This document shows positions 27,735 to 34,870 of a stretch of 44,772 bases of DNA, piece by piece. Position 1 is the stretch's first letter. Every line of letters starts with the position of its first letter. The stretch spans positions 1 through 44,772 of the forward strand of contig CALIBN010000023.1 of the NCBI GenBank assembly GCA_938045545.1, written 5' to 3'. The notes beneath the pieces were generated by a model, which was not told the DNA's origin, ran no database searches, and worked only from the letters and a program-made list of their open reading frames with translations. Both the position numbers and the translations under genes were made by a program. This stretch comes from an uncultured archaeon. GTDB taxonomy: Archaea > Thermoproteota > EX4484-205 > JAAOZP01.

Positions 27735-30700
27735 CCGTTGTCTCCTCCAACGCTCTCCCCACAGGCATTTCTATGAACCTTGAGAAACCGTTCTTAACAT
27801 AGACTCCTATAACCTTGTCCGCCTTGCTTACAACGACATCTCTTAGGGAAACAATTATTATCTGACTTTCCTTTGAGACTTCTTTCAAAAGCTCCGTCAT
27901 CCTTTCAATGTTAACGTAATCTAGGTGTGCGTCAGGCTCGTCGAAAATGTAAAACGCCGCAGGGAAGAGTTTCTGCATAGCGAAAATCAGGCATAACGCT
28001 GCCACAGACTTCTCTCCTCCACTAACTCCGCTTATTATTCTCGCCTCTTTCCCTGGGAATCTAACGTATACTGTTAACCCGGCTTCGAAAGGCCTTTCAG
28101 GATCCTCGAGTTGAAGCCACCCGTCGCCGCCAGTCATCTTGTTGAAGAAGGTTGAGAAATAATTGTTTATCCTATTCAGCCCGTCTAGGAAAGCCTCCCT
28201 TTTTCTCCTTTCAATGTCATCCATGAATTCCTGGATGCTCCTCCTTTCTTCCTCAAGCTCGTTAATCCTTTCAAGAGCATTCCTGTAGAAATAAACCTCC
28301 TGCTCATACTGGTTGATTGCAAGCATGTTTACTTCTTGAACTTTCTCAAGCTCGCTCCTAAGTATATTCAAGTATTTTTCCGTAAAGCTTTCCTTATCCT
28401 CTGAAACTTTAAGAGGCTGGCCCGGAATCCTGCTTTTCAGCTCCCGAATCCTGTTTTCACTCATCTCTTTGTCAACCAGTAGCTTCCTCTCAACATCTTT
28501 AACCCTGTTTATCTCCGCATTCAACCCTTCAATCTCTCCGTCAAGTTTCCGGATTGTTGAAACCAAGTCCCTCCTCCTATCTTCCACGTCCTCGCGTATA
28601 ACCTCTATGTTTTCCCCAATCCTCCCCTTCAAATCTTCAATCCTCGCTTTTAAATCGCGAGTCAGGCTTAAAACCACTCTATTGTCTTCCCTAAACTTGG
28701 CGATCCTCTCGCTCAGGGTCTTCTCAGTATTCCTGTATTCCTCAGCCTTTCTATTTAGATTGCTGACGATGTTCTCGATCAAGGCTAGTCTGTTTTTTAA
28801 AGCCTCTCTCTTTTTCTCAAGCCCGTTCAACTCGTTTTCAATCAGCCTTATTCTCCTGCGAACCCTGCTGATACTTTTTTCCCTAACTACGATTAAAGAT
28901 TTTAACCTTGTCCTTTCCCTTTCCAAGAGACGTTTTTTACTCGCGTCACGTTTTCTGAACACTTGACCCAATCTTCGAGATGCTTCTAAATACTCGCTGG
29001 TCAAAGTGTCTAACTGTTCCCCCAGCTCCTCCATGCGAGAGTCAATGGTGTTCAGGTCCTCGGCAAGCCTGCTTCGAATACTCGCTGCCTCAACTATTTT
29101 ACTGTTTAAAACTGGCCTCACATGGTTATTCATGGCTTCAAGTATTCTGGCTAACTCGCCGGCTTTCTCGGAGAAGCTTTTCACAACGCTTCTAACGCTT
29201 TCAAGCTTCTCCTCAATATTCTCCCTTACCAGCCCTCCTTCAACGGTGAAAACCTCGCCGCTTATGGTTGCCGCCCTGAACCCTCTTCTAGCGAAGACGA
29301 GGGCGTCCTCGGTAGTGTTAACCACAACGCTATTCCAGAAAAGTTTTAAGACATGTTTCTCAATGCTCTTAGGATATTTGACTATATCCATCATATGCTT
29401 GCCACGCTTGGTGAGTTCAAGAGGTATTTCTTTCCTGTTTACCTCCCCCTCGGAGGTTAACACTTTAATCCCAATTCCTTTACCTCCAAGAAAGTTCATT
29501 AGGAAAAGCATGTCTAGAGAACCTTTAACGAGTACAGCATCCATCCAATCGCCAGCCAGGCTTTCAACAGCTCTACTCAATTCTTTTGGAAACCAAAGGC
29601 TTTCTCTTAGAATTCCGTAAATACTTAAGCTTTTTTTCTCCAAAATAGTTTTCGCAAGCTCTAGAACCCTCCTCCTTCTCTCATCCTGAACAGCGTAGCC
29701 CGCTATTCCGGAAACTTTTGCAAAAAGGATTCTGAACGAATCCAGACTACTCATTAAGATTTTAACTGTGTTCATTATTTCATCCAGCATCCTTCTCCTC
29801 TCCGCTAAAACTCTGTCAAGATCAGCCAGTTTCTCAACTACCCTGCTTTTTCTAACCGTCTCCATCTTCCTCCTCCTACTCAAAGACCCAATTCTCCTCT
29901 TTAGACTATCATAATAGGTAGCGACTTCTCTAAGCATTCTTTCCGAATTCTCCTCCTCAAGCATCAGCCGGTCTAAATCCCTGTTGACTAGGATCAGCCT
30001 ATTCATAATACTGGAAATCTCCGCTTCCTGTTGTTTCTCAACCTCTTGAAGCCTCTTCTTCTCGCTTAGAAGACGAAGTATCCGGGTGCTGATCGAAGAA
30101 CGTTTTACAAGCATGCGCCTATAATCCTCTGTCAGGCTGGCCGTTTTCCTAATGCTCTTACTCCTCTTCCGCCTAGTTTTCGACAATTCTTTTCTAACCG
30201 TGTTTAACTCACTCCTGTTTCTCTCAAGCCTTTCAAAAGCTTCTCCAAGCCTTTTCTCAAGGTCTTTTAACTCGTATTGGAGCCTAATTCTCTCCGCGTC
30301 AGGGGTTGCTGAAGCAGCGGTTTCCAAAAGCTCCTCCATTCTCTCTATAATGCTTCTCTTCTCCGCCTGTCTGGAGGCAAGCTCTGCTTCAAGCTTAGCT
30401 CGCAAAGCAGTATTTTCCTCTAGGCTTCGCGATATTTCCTCCAGTTTTCTGACAAGCCTCCAATACTCGAACGAATTGATAATCATCTGCATCCTCTCCA
30501 CTTCTTTCTCAAGCATTCTTCTCCTGAGCAGAATGTTTCTCTCTCTTTCTAATTGAAGCATTCTTCTATCGATCTCTTGAAGCCTAGCCTGTGCCACTCT
30601 GAGATTATTGTCGGCCTGCTGCAGGTTGCTGAGCGCCTCCGCCTTCCTCTCGTCGTACTGTGCTAAGCCTAGTGCCTGTTCTATCTCCTTTCTTCTCTCC

Positions 30701-31641
30701 ACGGGATTTTTATCAGCCAACCGTGAAATCTCTCCCTGCGGTATTATGTTGTAACCTCTTGCAGAAAGACCTGTTGAAGAGATTGTGTCTTCAACAACGT
30801 TTTTAGAGGTTCTTCTACCATTGAGATAATACGTGCTCTCCCCGTCCCTCCCCATTCTCCTAGCAACCGTTATAAGCTTCTCTTGCCCAGGTATTGTTGA
30901 GTCACTATTATCTATGGTTATTTTCACGTAGGTCTCCGCTTCCCTCCCTGCGTTATCATTGACCAGGGAGGAAAGCCTGTCTATCCGGAGAAGTCTAGGA
31001 TTGTTTTCACCGAGTGCGAAACGTATCGCGTCGATTAAATTACTGTTGTGAACTATCACACCATCCCCTGTAACGTATGAGCCGATGTTCTCAACATATA
31101 TGTCGTATACTTCTCCTCTCCAAACATTCCTAACGATCCTGTTTAAAACATCAAGGCTTGTTTTCCCCTCGTCAATAACAATTATCTTCATGCCTTCTGA
31201 GAGCCTTGAAGCCTCAATCCACCTATGTGCCCCCTTCCCGTCGGCCACCATCAGCCTGTGTTCCGGGGTTACCTCAATCTTTCTGCCATTTTCTGTTTCA
31301 ATTTTTAACACTAATCCCTCGTAGGGTCTCCTGAAAATTGCGCTAACACCGGCTTCAACGCTCCTACCTAGAAGCGTTTGATAGCTTATGAGCGGCTCCC
31401 TTTCAAGGGGAATCACGTATTCCCCGTCCACCAGCTTGATTCTAACACCCTCAGAAGACGCCTCCTTGAAAAGAGATTCTACAGCCAGTCCTCCCCACGG
31501 CCGTTCTATGATTGTCCAAGGGGCTACGCATTTTCCAGAGCCGTTTCTACCTGTTAAAACAGTTAAGCCTCTGCTCAGGTTTATAACCTGTCGGCCGCCT
31601 ACCGATTTGAAATTCCTGATTTCAATCCTTGTCAAATGCAA
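27724..31641 (-). CDS. smc: Chromosome segregation protein SMC, intein-containing
   Basis: NFKS, GRNGSGK|SN, PQG Q-loop, long coiled coils, a divergent hinge, VNMLAI, SGGEKS and FDEPDAHLD. Confidence 0.95.
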   Translation of the reverse strand: MHLTRIEIRNFKSVGGRQVINLSRGLTVLTGRNGSGKCVAPWTIIERPWGGLAVESLFKEASSEGVRIKLVDGEYVIPLEREPLISYQTLLGRSVEAGVSAIFRRPYEGLVLKIETENGRKIEVTPEHRLMVADGKGAHRWIEASRLSEGMKIIVIDEGKTSLDVLNRIVRNVWRGEVYDIYVENIGSYVTGDGVIVHNSNLIDAIRFALGENNPRLLRIDRLSSLVNDNAGREAETYVKITIDNSDSTIPGQEKLITVARRMGRDGESTYYLNGRRTSKNVVEDTISSTGLSARGYNIIPQGEISRLADKNPVERRKEIEQALGLAQYDERKAEALSNLQQADNNLRVAQARLQEIDRRMLQLERERNILLRRRMLEKEVERMQMIINSFEYWRLVRKLEEISRSLEENTALRAKLEAELASRQAEKRSIIERMEELLETAASATPDAERIRLQYELKDLEKRLGEAFERLERNRSELNTVRKELSKTRRKRSKSIRKTASLTEDYRRMLVKRSSISTRILRLLSEKKRLQEVEKQQEAEISSIMNRLILVNRDLDRLMLEEENSERMLREVATYYDSLKRRIGSLSRRRKMETVRKSRVVEKLADLDRVLAERRRMLDEIMNTVKILMSSLDSFRILFAKVSGIAGYAVQDERRRRVLELAKTILEKKSLSIYGILRESLWFPKELSRAVESLAGDWMDAVLVKGSLDMLFLMNFLGGKGIGIKVLTSEGEVNRKEIPLELTKRGKHMMDIVKYPKSIEKHVLKLFWNSVVVNTTEDALVFARRGFRAATISGEVFTVEGGLVRENIEEKLESVRSVVKSFSEKAGELARILEAMNNHVRPVLNSKIVEAASIRSRLAEDLNTIDSRMEELGEQLDTLTSEYLEASRRLGQVFRKRDASKKRLLERERTRLKSLIVVREKSISRVRRRIRLIENELNGLEKKREALKNRLALIENIVSNLNRKAEEYRNTEKTLSERIAKFREDNRVVLSLTRDLKARIEDLKGRIGENIEVIREDVEDRRRDLVSTIRKLDGEIEGLNAEINRVKDVERKLLVDKEMSENRIRELKSRIPGQPLKVSEDKESFTEKYLNILRSELEKVQEVNMLAINQYEQEVYFYRNALERINELEEERRSIQEFMDDIERRKREAFLDGLNRINNYFSTFFNKMTGGDGWLQLEDPERPFEAGLTVYVRFPGKEARIISGVSGGEKSVAALCLIFAMQKLFPAAFYIFDEPDAHLDYVNIERMTELLKEVSKESQIIIVSLRDVVVSKADKVIGVYVKNGFSRFIEMPVGRALEETTVVE
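31045..31530 (-). mobile_element. Mini-intein (162 aa, no homing endonuclease) in the SMC Walker A
   Basis: Block A CVAPWT after GSGK, block B VTPEH, block F VYDIYVE and block G IVHN followed by Ser+1. Excision restores GSGKSNLIDAI. Confidence 0.93.
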
Positions 31642-31828
31642 TCTTTAAACCCTCTCCACGTCCACTAGCATTATTCGCATTAAAATAATATTCACGGTCT
31701 TTAATATAACTTGTAGAACCCTCCCCGCTTCGAAAACTAAATGTTAAGCCGCTCCACAGCCTCATAAAGCTTAGCATAAACGCCTAGGAATAAGTTTTTA
31801 AGCATTATTTTAAGAAGTCTGGGGCAGG

Positions 31829-32218
31829 TTGTCAGTATACCAAGGAGACATATTCAAGAGGAAGAAGACCGGGGGTAAGAGTCACCCTAACAGGGGTAAA
31901 CGCAGGTATGAAATGGGGCGGCCGCCAACCCTTACGAGGCTCGGGGAGAATAATGTTGTTGAAAAGGTTAGGGTTAGAGGAGGAGGATTAAAGCTTAGAG
32001 TTACTCAGGCTGCTTATGCTAACGTCGCTGTTGAGAAGGATAGGGTTGTGAAAGCCAAGGTTTTAGACGTGGTTGATAACCCTGCGAACAGGGAGTTCGG
32101 AAGGATGAAGATAATAACCAAGGGTGCTATAATAAAGACTGAAGTGGGCAATGCTGTAGTTACCTCTAAACCAGGCTCTAACGGGGTTGTGAACGCTAAG
32201 CTGGTTTCTGAAAGATGA
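31829..32218 (+). CDS. rps8e: 30S ribosomal protein S8e
   Basis: KKTGGK, KRRYEMGR, RVRGG, IITKGAII and TSKPGSNGVVNA motifs. Confidence 0.97.
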   Translation: MSVYQGDIFKRKKTGGKSHPNRGKRRYEMGRPPTLTRLGENNVVEKVRVRGGGLKLRVTQAAYANVAVEKDRVVKAKVLDVVDNPANREFGRMKIITKGAIIKTEVGNAVVTSKPGSNGVVNAKLVSER

Positions 32219-32511
32219 AAAGCATTTCTAAGGAACGCTACGTAATAGTTTACCCACAGTATTTTGACTCTAGGGCCTCGCGAAAAATGGGGAGGCGGGT
32301 GCCAAAGGGTCTTGCTGTTGATTCTCCAAGCCTGGCTAGGGTTGAGGAAGCATGTCGAAAGCTCGGCTTAAAGATCATTGTGGAACCCGACAAGGCTTAT
32401 CCGAGGGTGAGCAATGTTAAGTGTGGGCGAATAGTAGTTTTCTGCAAGGATATGCGGAAGAAGAGTGTTATTGAAAAAATCGGGAGGGCCATGAAGGGTG
32501 GTGCCGGATGA
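32215..32511 (+). CDS. srp19: Signal recognition particle 19 kDa protein
   Basis: VYPQYFDSRASRKMGRRVPK, KAYPR and GRIVV motifs. Confidence 0.95.
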   Translation: MKSISKERYVIVYPQYFDSRASRKMGRRVPKGLAVDSPSLARVEEACRKLGLKIIVEPDKAYPRVSNVKCGRIVVFCKDMRKKSVIEKIGRAMKGGAG

Positions 32512-32741
32512 AACGTAAAGGGACTGTTGAAAACATTCTTAACAACAGGATTGCTTTAGTTAGGCTGGAGGGACTAGTTGGCTTAGGCTCCCTCGTCTTA
32601 AGCAGGGAAATGAGGCCGATAGGCAGCGTTACAGACATAATAGGTCCAGTTAAAGAGCCCTATGCCGTGGTGGTTTTAAAAAGAAACGTCAAGAAAGTTG
32701 GGAAAGGCGAGGTCGTGTTTTTTAAGCCCAGAAAAGCCTGA
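32508..32741 (+). CDS. gar1: H/ACA RNP protein Gar1 (integration target)
   Basis: IGSVTDIIGPVKEPYAVV motif and rps8e-srp19-gar1 order. Its last codons form attL. Confidence 0.9.
   Translation: MKRKGTVENILNNRIALVRLEGLVGLGSLVLSREMRPIGSVTDIIGPVKEPYAVVVLKRNVKKVGKGEVVFFKPRKA
32721..32737 (+). repeat. attL core TTTAAGCCCAGAAAAGC
   Basis: Identical to 38236-38252. Confidence 0.92.
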
Positions 32742-32775
32742 GAAGGAGAAATCTCCCCGATAACCTTCTTTTTTT
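32741..32775 (+). terminator. Element-supplied putative terminator for the rps8e-srp19-gar1 transcript
   Basis: AGAAGG 32741-46 / CCTTCT 32764-69 stem followed by a T7 run, immediately after the gar1 stop. Confidence 0.5.
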
Positions 32776-32812
32776 CTATAACAATTTAAGCTAGTGCGAA
32801 CAATAGTGGAGC

Positions 32813-33154
32813 ATGCGAGAACAATTTCTCAGATGGGCGTTGAAGAAACACCTGGAGGCTCAAGGCTTCAAAGTTCAGTATGGAAGGATCAGGATCGGAA
32901 ACTTTGAAATCGATGGAGAAGCAACCGACCAGAATGGAACCAGAATGGCGATAGAAATCAAGACGGAGCATGACGATGTATGCCGTGGAATAGGACAGCT
33001 GGCGGAAGCATTAGCATACGGATACAACCAGGCTACCCTAGTTACAACCCTCAGGAAAGCCAGAAAGCTAAATGGGAGGGTCTTCGAAAAATTTCGAATT
33101 CGATTAATCGGGATAGACGGAAGGGGCAACGTTTACGAGTTGCTTGAATTTTAA
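32813..33154 (+). CDS. Small stand-alone PD-(D/E)xK nuclease-fold protein
   Basis: E...L..QGF...EIDG...AIEIK...GIGQL, a restriction-endonuclease-like D-ExK-Q arrangement. Confidence 0.7.
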   Translation: MREQFLRWALKKHLEAQGFKVQYGRIRIGNFEIDGEATDQNGTRMAIEIKTEHDDVCRGIGQLAEALAYGYNQATLVTTLRKARKLNGRVFEKFRIRLIGIDGRGNVYELLEF

Positions 33155-33480
33155 TTCAACCTGGAGCCAAGGCTAGCCCTACCTAAACAGGCTTTCCCAA
33201 CCATTAGCAACAATTAACCAAACATGCTTAACCACCACTAACGAAATCCAGCTTTAAGCTATCGAATGTTGAATTTTATTATTTCTACTGCTTAAGATGA
33301 ATAGTAAGCCTGCTTATGCCTCTTATCAGGGCTTGTTGGCTTAGGGCTTTTCCTTTGCTACGAGTATGGTGTGTTTAAGCCGGTTTAGTTATTTTTGTCT
33401 TTTATTAACAGGTTGAGTTGTCGGATTTTTGTCAAATGTTAACAGGCGTTAACAAATGCCAATTGGGGTTAAGCTCTATC

Positions 33481-33678
33481 CTATATCAGGTATGCCTGGT
33501 TATCGAGTTTAATGCCCAATGCCAGTAATGCTAAATCTAGTTTTGCGAGGATTTCTACTTGTGTTTTTCTATATTCATTCACCAGGTTGATGAGGGCCTC
33601 GAGCTCTTTCCTAGCCTTGTTCTCGCCTTTCTCTGACAATTTGATTCCACTCTCGTTCGAGTTCAAGTTTCTTACCAA
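33481..33678 (-). CDS. Small helical hypothetical protein (element)
   Basis: Amphipathic ARKELEALINLVNEYRKTQVEILAKLDLALLALGIK. Overlaps the upstream gene; the start may be TTG ~33639. Confidence 0.55.
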   Translation of the reverse strand: MVRNLNSNESGIKLSEKGENKARKELEALINLVNEYRKTQVEILAKLDLALLALGIKLDNQAYLI

Positions 33679-34009
33679 TCAGCTTTTCTAGTTCGCTTTT
33701 TACTGGCTTTTTGACCCTAATTGCCTCTTCCCACAAATCTTTAAATTGAATCTGAAGGGTTGAAGGGTTTAATTCAGGCAGGATCTTGCCGGCTCTTTCG
33801 GCTTCAACTCGTTCTTTTACTCTTTGGCGGATCTTTTGAGCCTCCTTCTCCTCAATTAAGCGTTTCATTTCCAAAAGCTCTTCTAAGGAATAGGCCTCAA
33901 GAGGCTTCTCAGGTGGCTCTGGAGCAGGCTGAGGCTCTTTTATGCCTAGGGCTCGCTTCAAGTCGGCTATCGCTTCTTTAACCTGTTCAAGCTCTCGTAA
34001 TACGCTCAT
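33611..34009 (-). CDS. Coiled-coil hypothetical protein (element)
   Basis: E/K-rich helices with a Pro-rich linker. ATG 34009 lies ~25 nt after a TTTTATA box on the minus strand. Confidence 0.7.
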   Translation of the reverse strand: MSVLRELEQVKEAIADLKRALGIKEPQPAPEPPEKPLEAYSLEELLEMKRLIEEKEAQKIRQRVKERVEAERAGKILPELNPSTLQIQFKDLWEEAIRVKKPVKSELEKLIGKKLELEREWNQIVRERREQG

Positions 34010-34107
34010 GAAACTTATGAGCCGGCTGAAGTATAAAACCTTTTGCTCTTCAAGTTGCTCAAGTGCGGGGATCTTTTTACAATTGAACCTAGCTTTTTTC
34101 TTCAAAT

Positions 34108-34320
34108 ATGCCTAGTCAGAAAAGCTTTAAGAATTCTCTCCAGGTGGATTGGATCATGGTTAGAAACAAGAAATTGGTGAGCGTGGAGAAGGCTTTCCCA
34201 ATGGGCATTCCTCCAGCTGTTAAACGAGAGATAACCAGCTTAAGGATTTCAGGCAGAAGGGACGGCCGGCATGTTGTTATTGGATCTGGCGGAAGGGTCT
34301 TTGTAAAGATGCGTGAATGA
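34108..34320 (+). CDS. Small basic hypothetical protein (element)
   Basis: ORF only; the start may be the internal ATG (MVRNKK). Confidence 0.45.
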   Translation: MPSQKSFKNSLQVDWIMVRNKKLVSVEKAFPMGIPPAVKREITSLRISGRRDGRHVVIGSGGRVFVKMRE

Positions 34321-34321
34321 G

Positions 34322-34351
34322 GTTTATAAACAAAAATGCAAGTTTATAAAC
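34322..34351. promoter_or_regulatory. Twin palindromes GTTTATAAAC, candidate operator
   Basis: Perfect 10-bp palindrome at 34322-34331 and 34342-34351, upstream of the AbrB-Rep-integrase operon. Confidence 0.5.
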
Positions 34352-34418
34352 ACATCGAATTATGACTATTTAGATATAAAATTTAAGTATAAATACCTCC
34401 TCTTGCAAGATTTCAACC

Positions 34419-34619
34419 ATGAACAGGCAACACGGTAGGAGGATCCTGATACGGAGGAGCTGGCGGGTAGTAGGCAATACTGTAGGAATAATTATCCCTA
34501 AAAGCTTCATGGAGGAATTAAGCCTGGAACCTGGCACGTTCTTCAGGGCTAGTCTTGAAAATGGTAAAATCGTCTTTGAGCCTTTAAAACTCGAACCTAA
34601 GGAGGTGGAAGAAGTGTGA
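34419..34619 (+). CDS. AbrB/MazE/SpoVT-family DNA-binding protein
   Basis: VGNTVGIIIPKSFMEELSLEPG...LENGKIVFEP swapped-hairpin signature. Confidence 0.88.
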   Translation: MNRQHGRRILIRRSWRVVGNTVGIIIPKSFMEELSLEPGTFFRASLENGKIVFEPLKLEPKEVEEV

Positions 34620-34870
34620 GCCGTAGCGACCCACACCCCTCCCTCCTCTCTTGCCCAGTAGAAGAGGATAAAGGGCGGTATATAAACATTCGCATAGAGT
34701 TAGCCTTCCTGATTCGCTATAACAATAAGCTCGCTAAGCTGTCTCTAGGAGACTGGTTAAAACCGGAAAAAGTCGGGAAGCTGGCTGAGAGGCTAGGCGT
34801 TGATCCCAAACTTCTGTTTCTCAGGCTTTCTGAGGCGTTGACGGACTTAGAGAAGGTGGTGAAAAGTTGA
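34616..34870 (+). CDS. Hypothetical protein, possible HTH (element)
   Basis: GGAGGTG RBS, GTGA and TTGA overlaps with both neighbours, KVGKLAERLGVDPKLL. Confidence 0.65.
   Translation: MSRSDPHPSLLSCPVEEDKGRYINIRIELAFLIRYNNKLAKLSLGDWLKPEKVGKLAERLGVDPKLLFLRLSEALTDLEKVVKS

Noticed and set aside
28469-30556. Long plus-strand ORFs opposite smc (and similar ORFs opposite mcm, rfcL and the coiled-coil gene)
   Set aside because: The S/L/F-rich composition is the expected antisense of E/K/R codons, and no promoter or motif supports them, unlike 36928-37113.
32785-32797. TTTAAGCTAGTGC resembling a collapsed attB
   Set aside because: It is adequately explained as the TATA region of the nuclease gene, and TTAAGC is frequent throughout the window.
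34370-34636. Minus-strand 88-aa ORF in the element
   Set aside because: It is the shadow of the well-supported AbrB-family gene.
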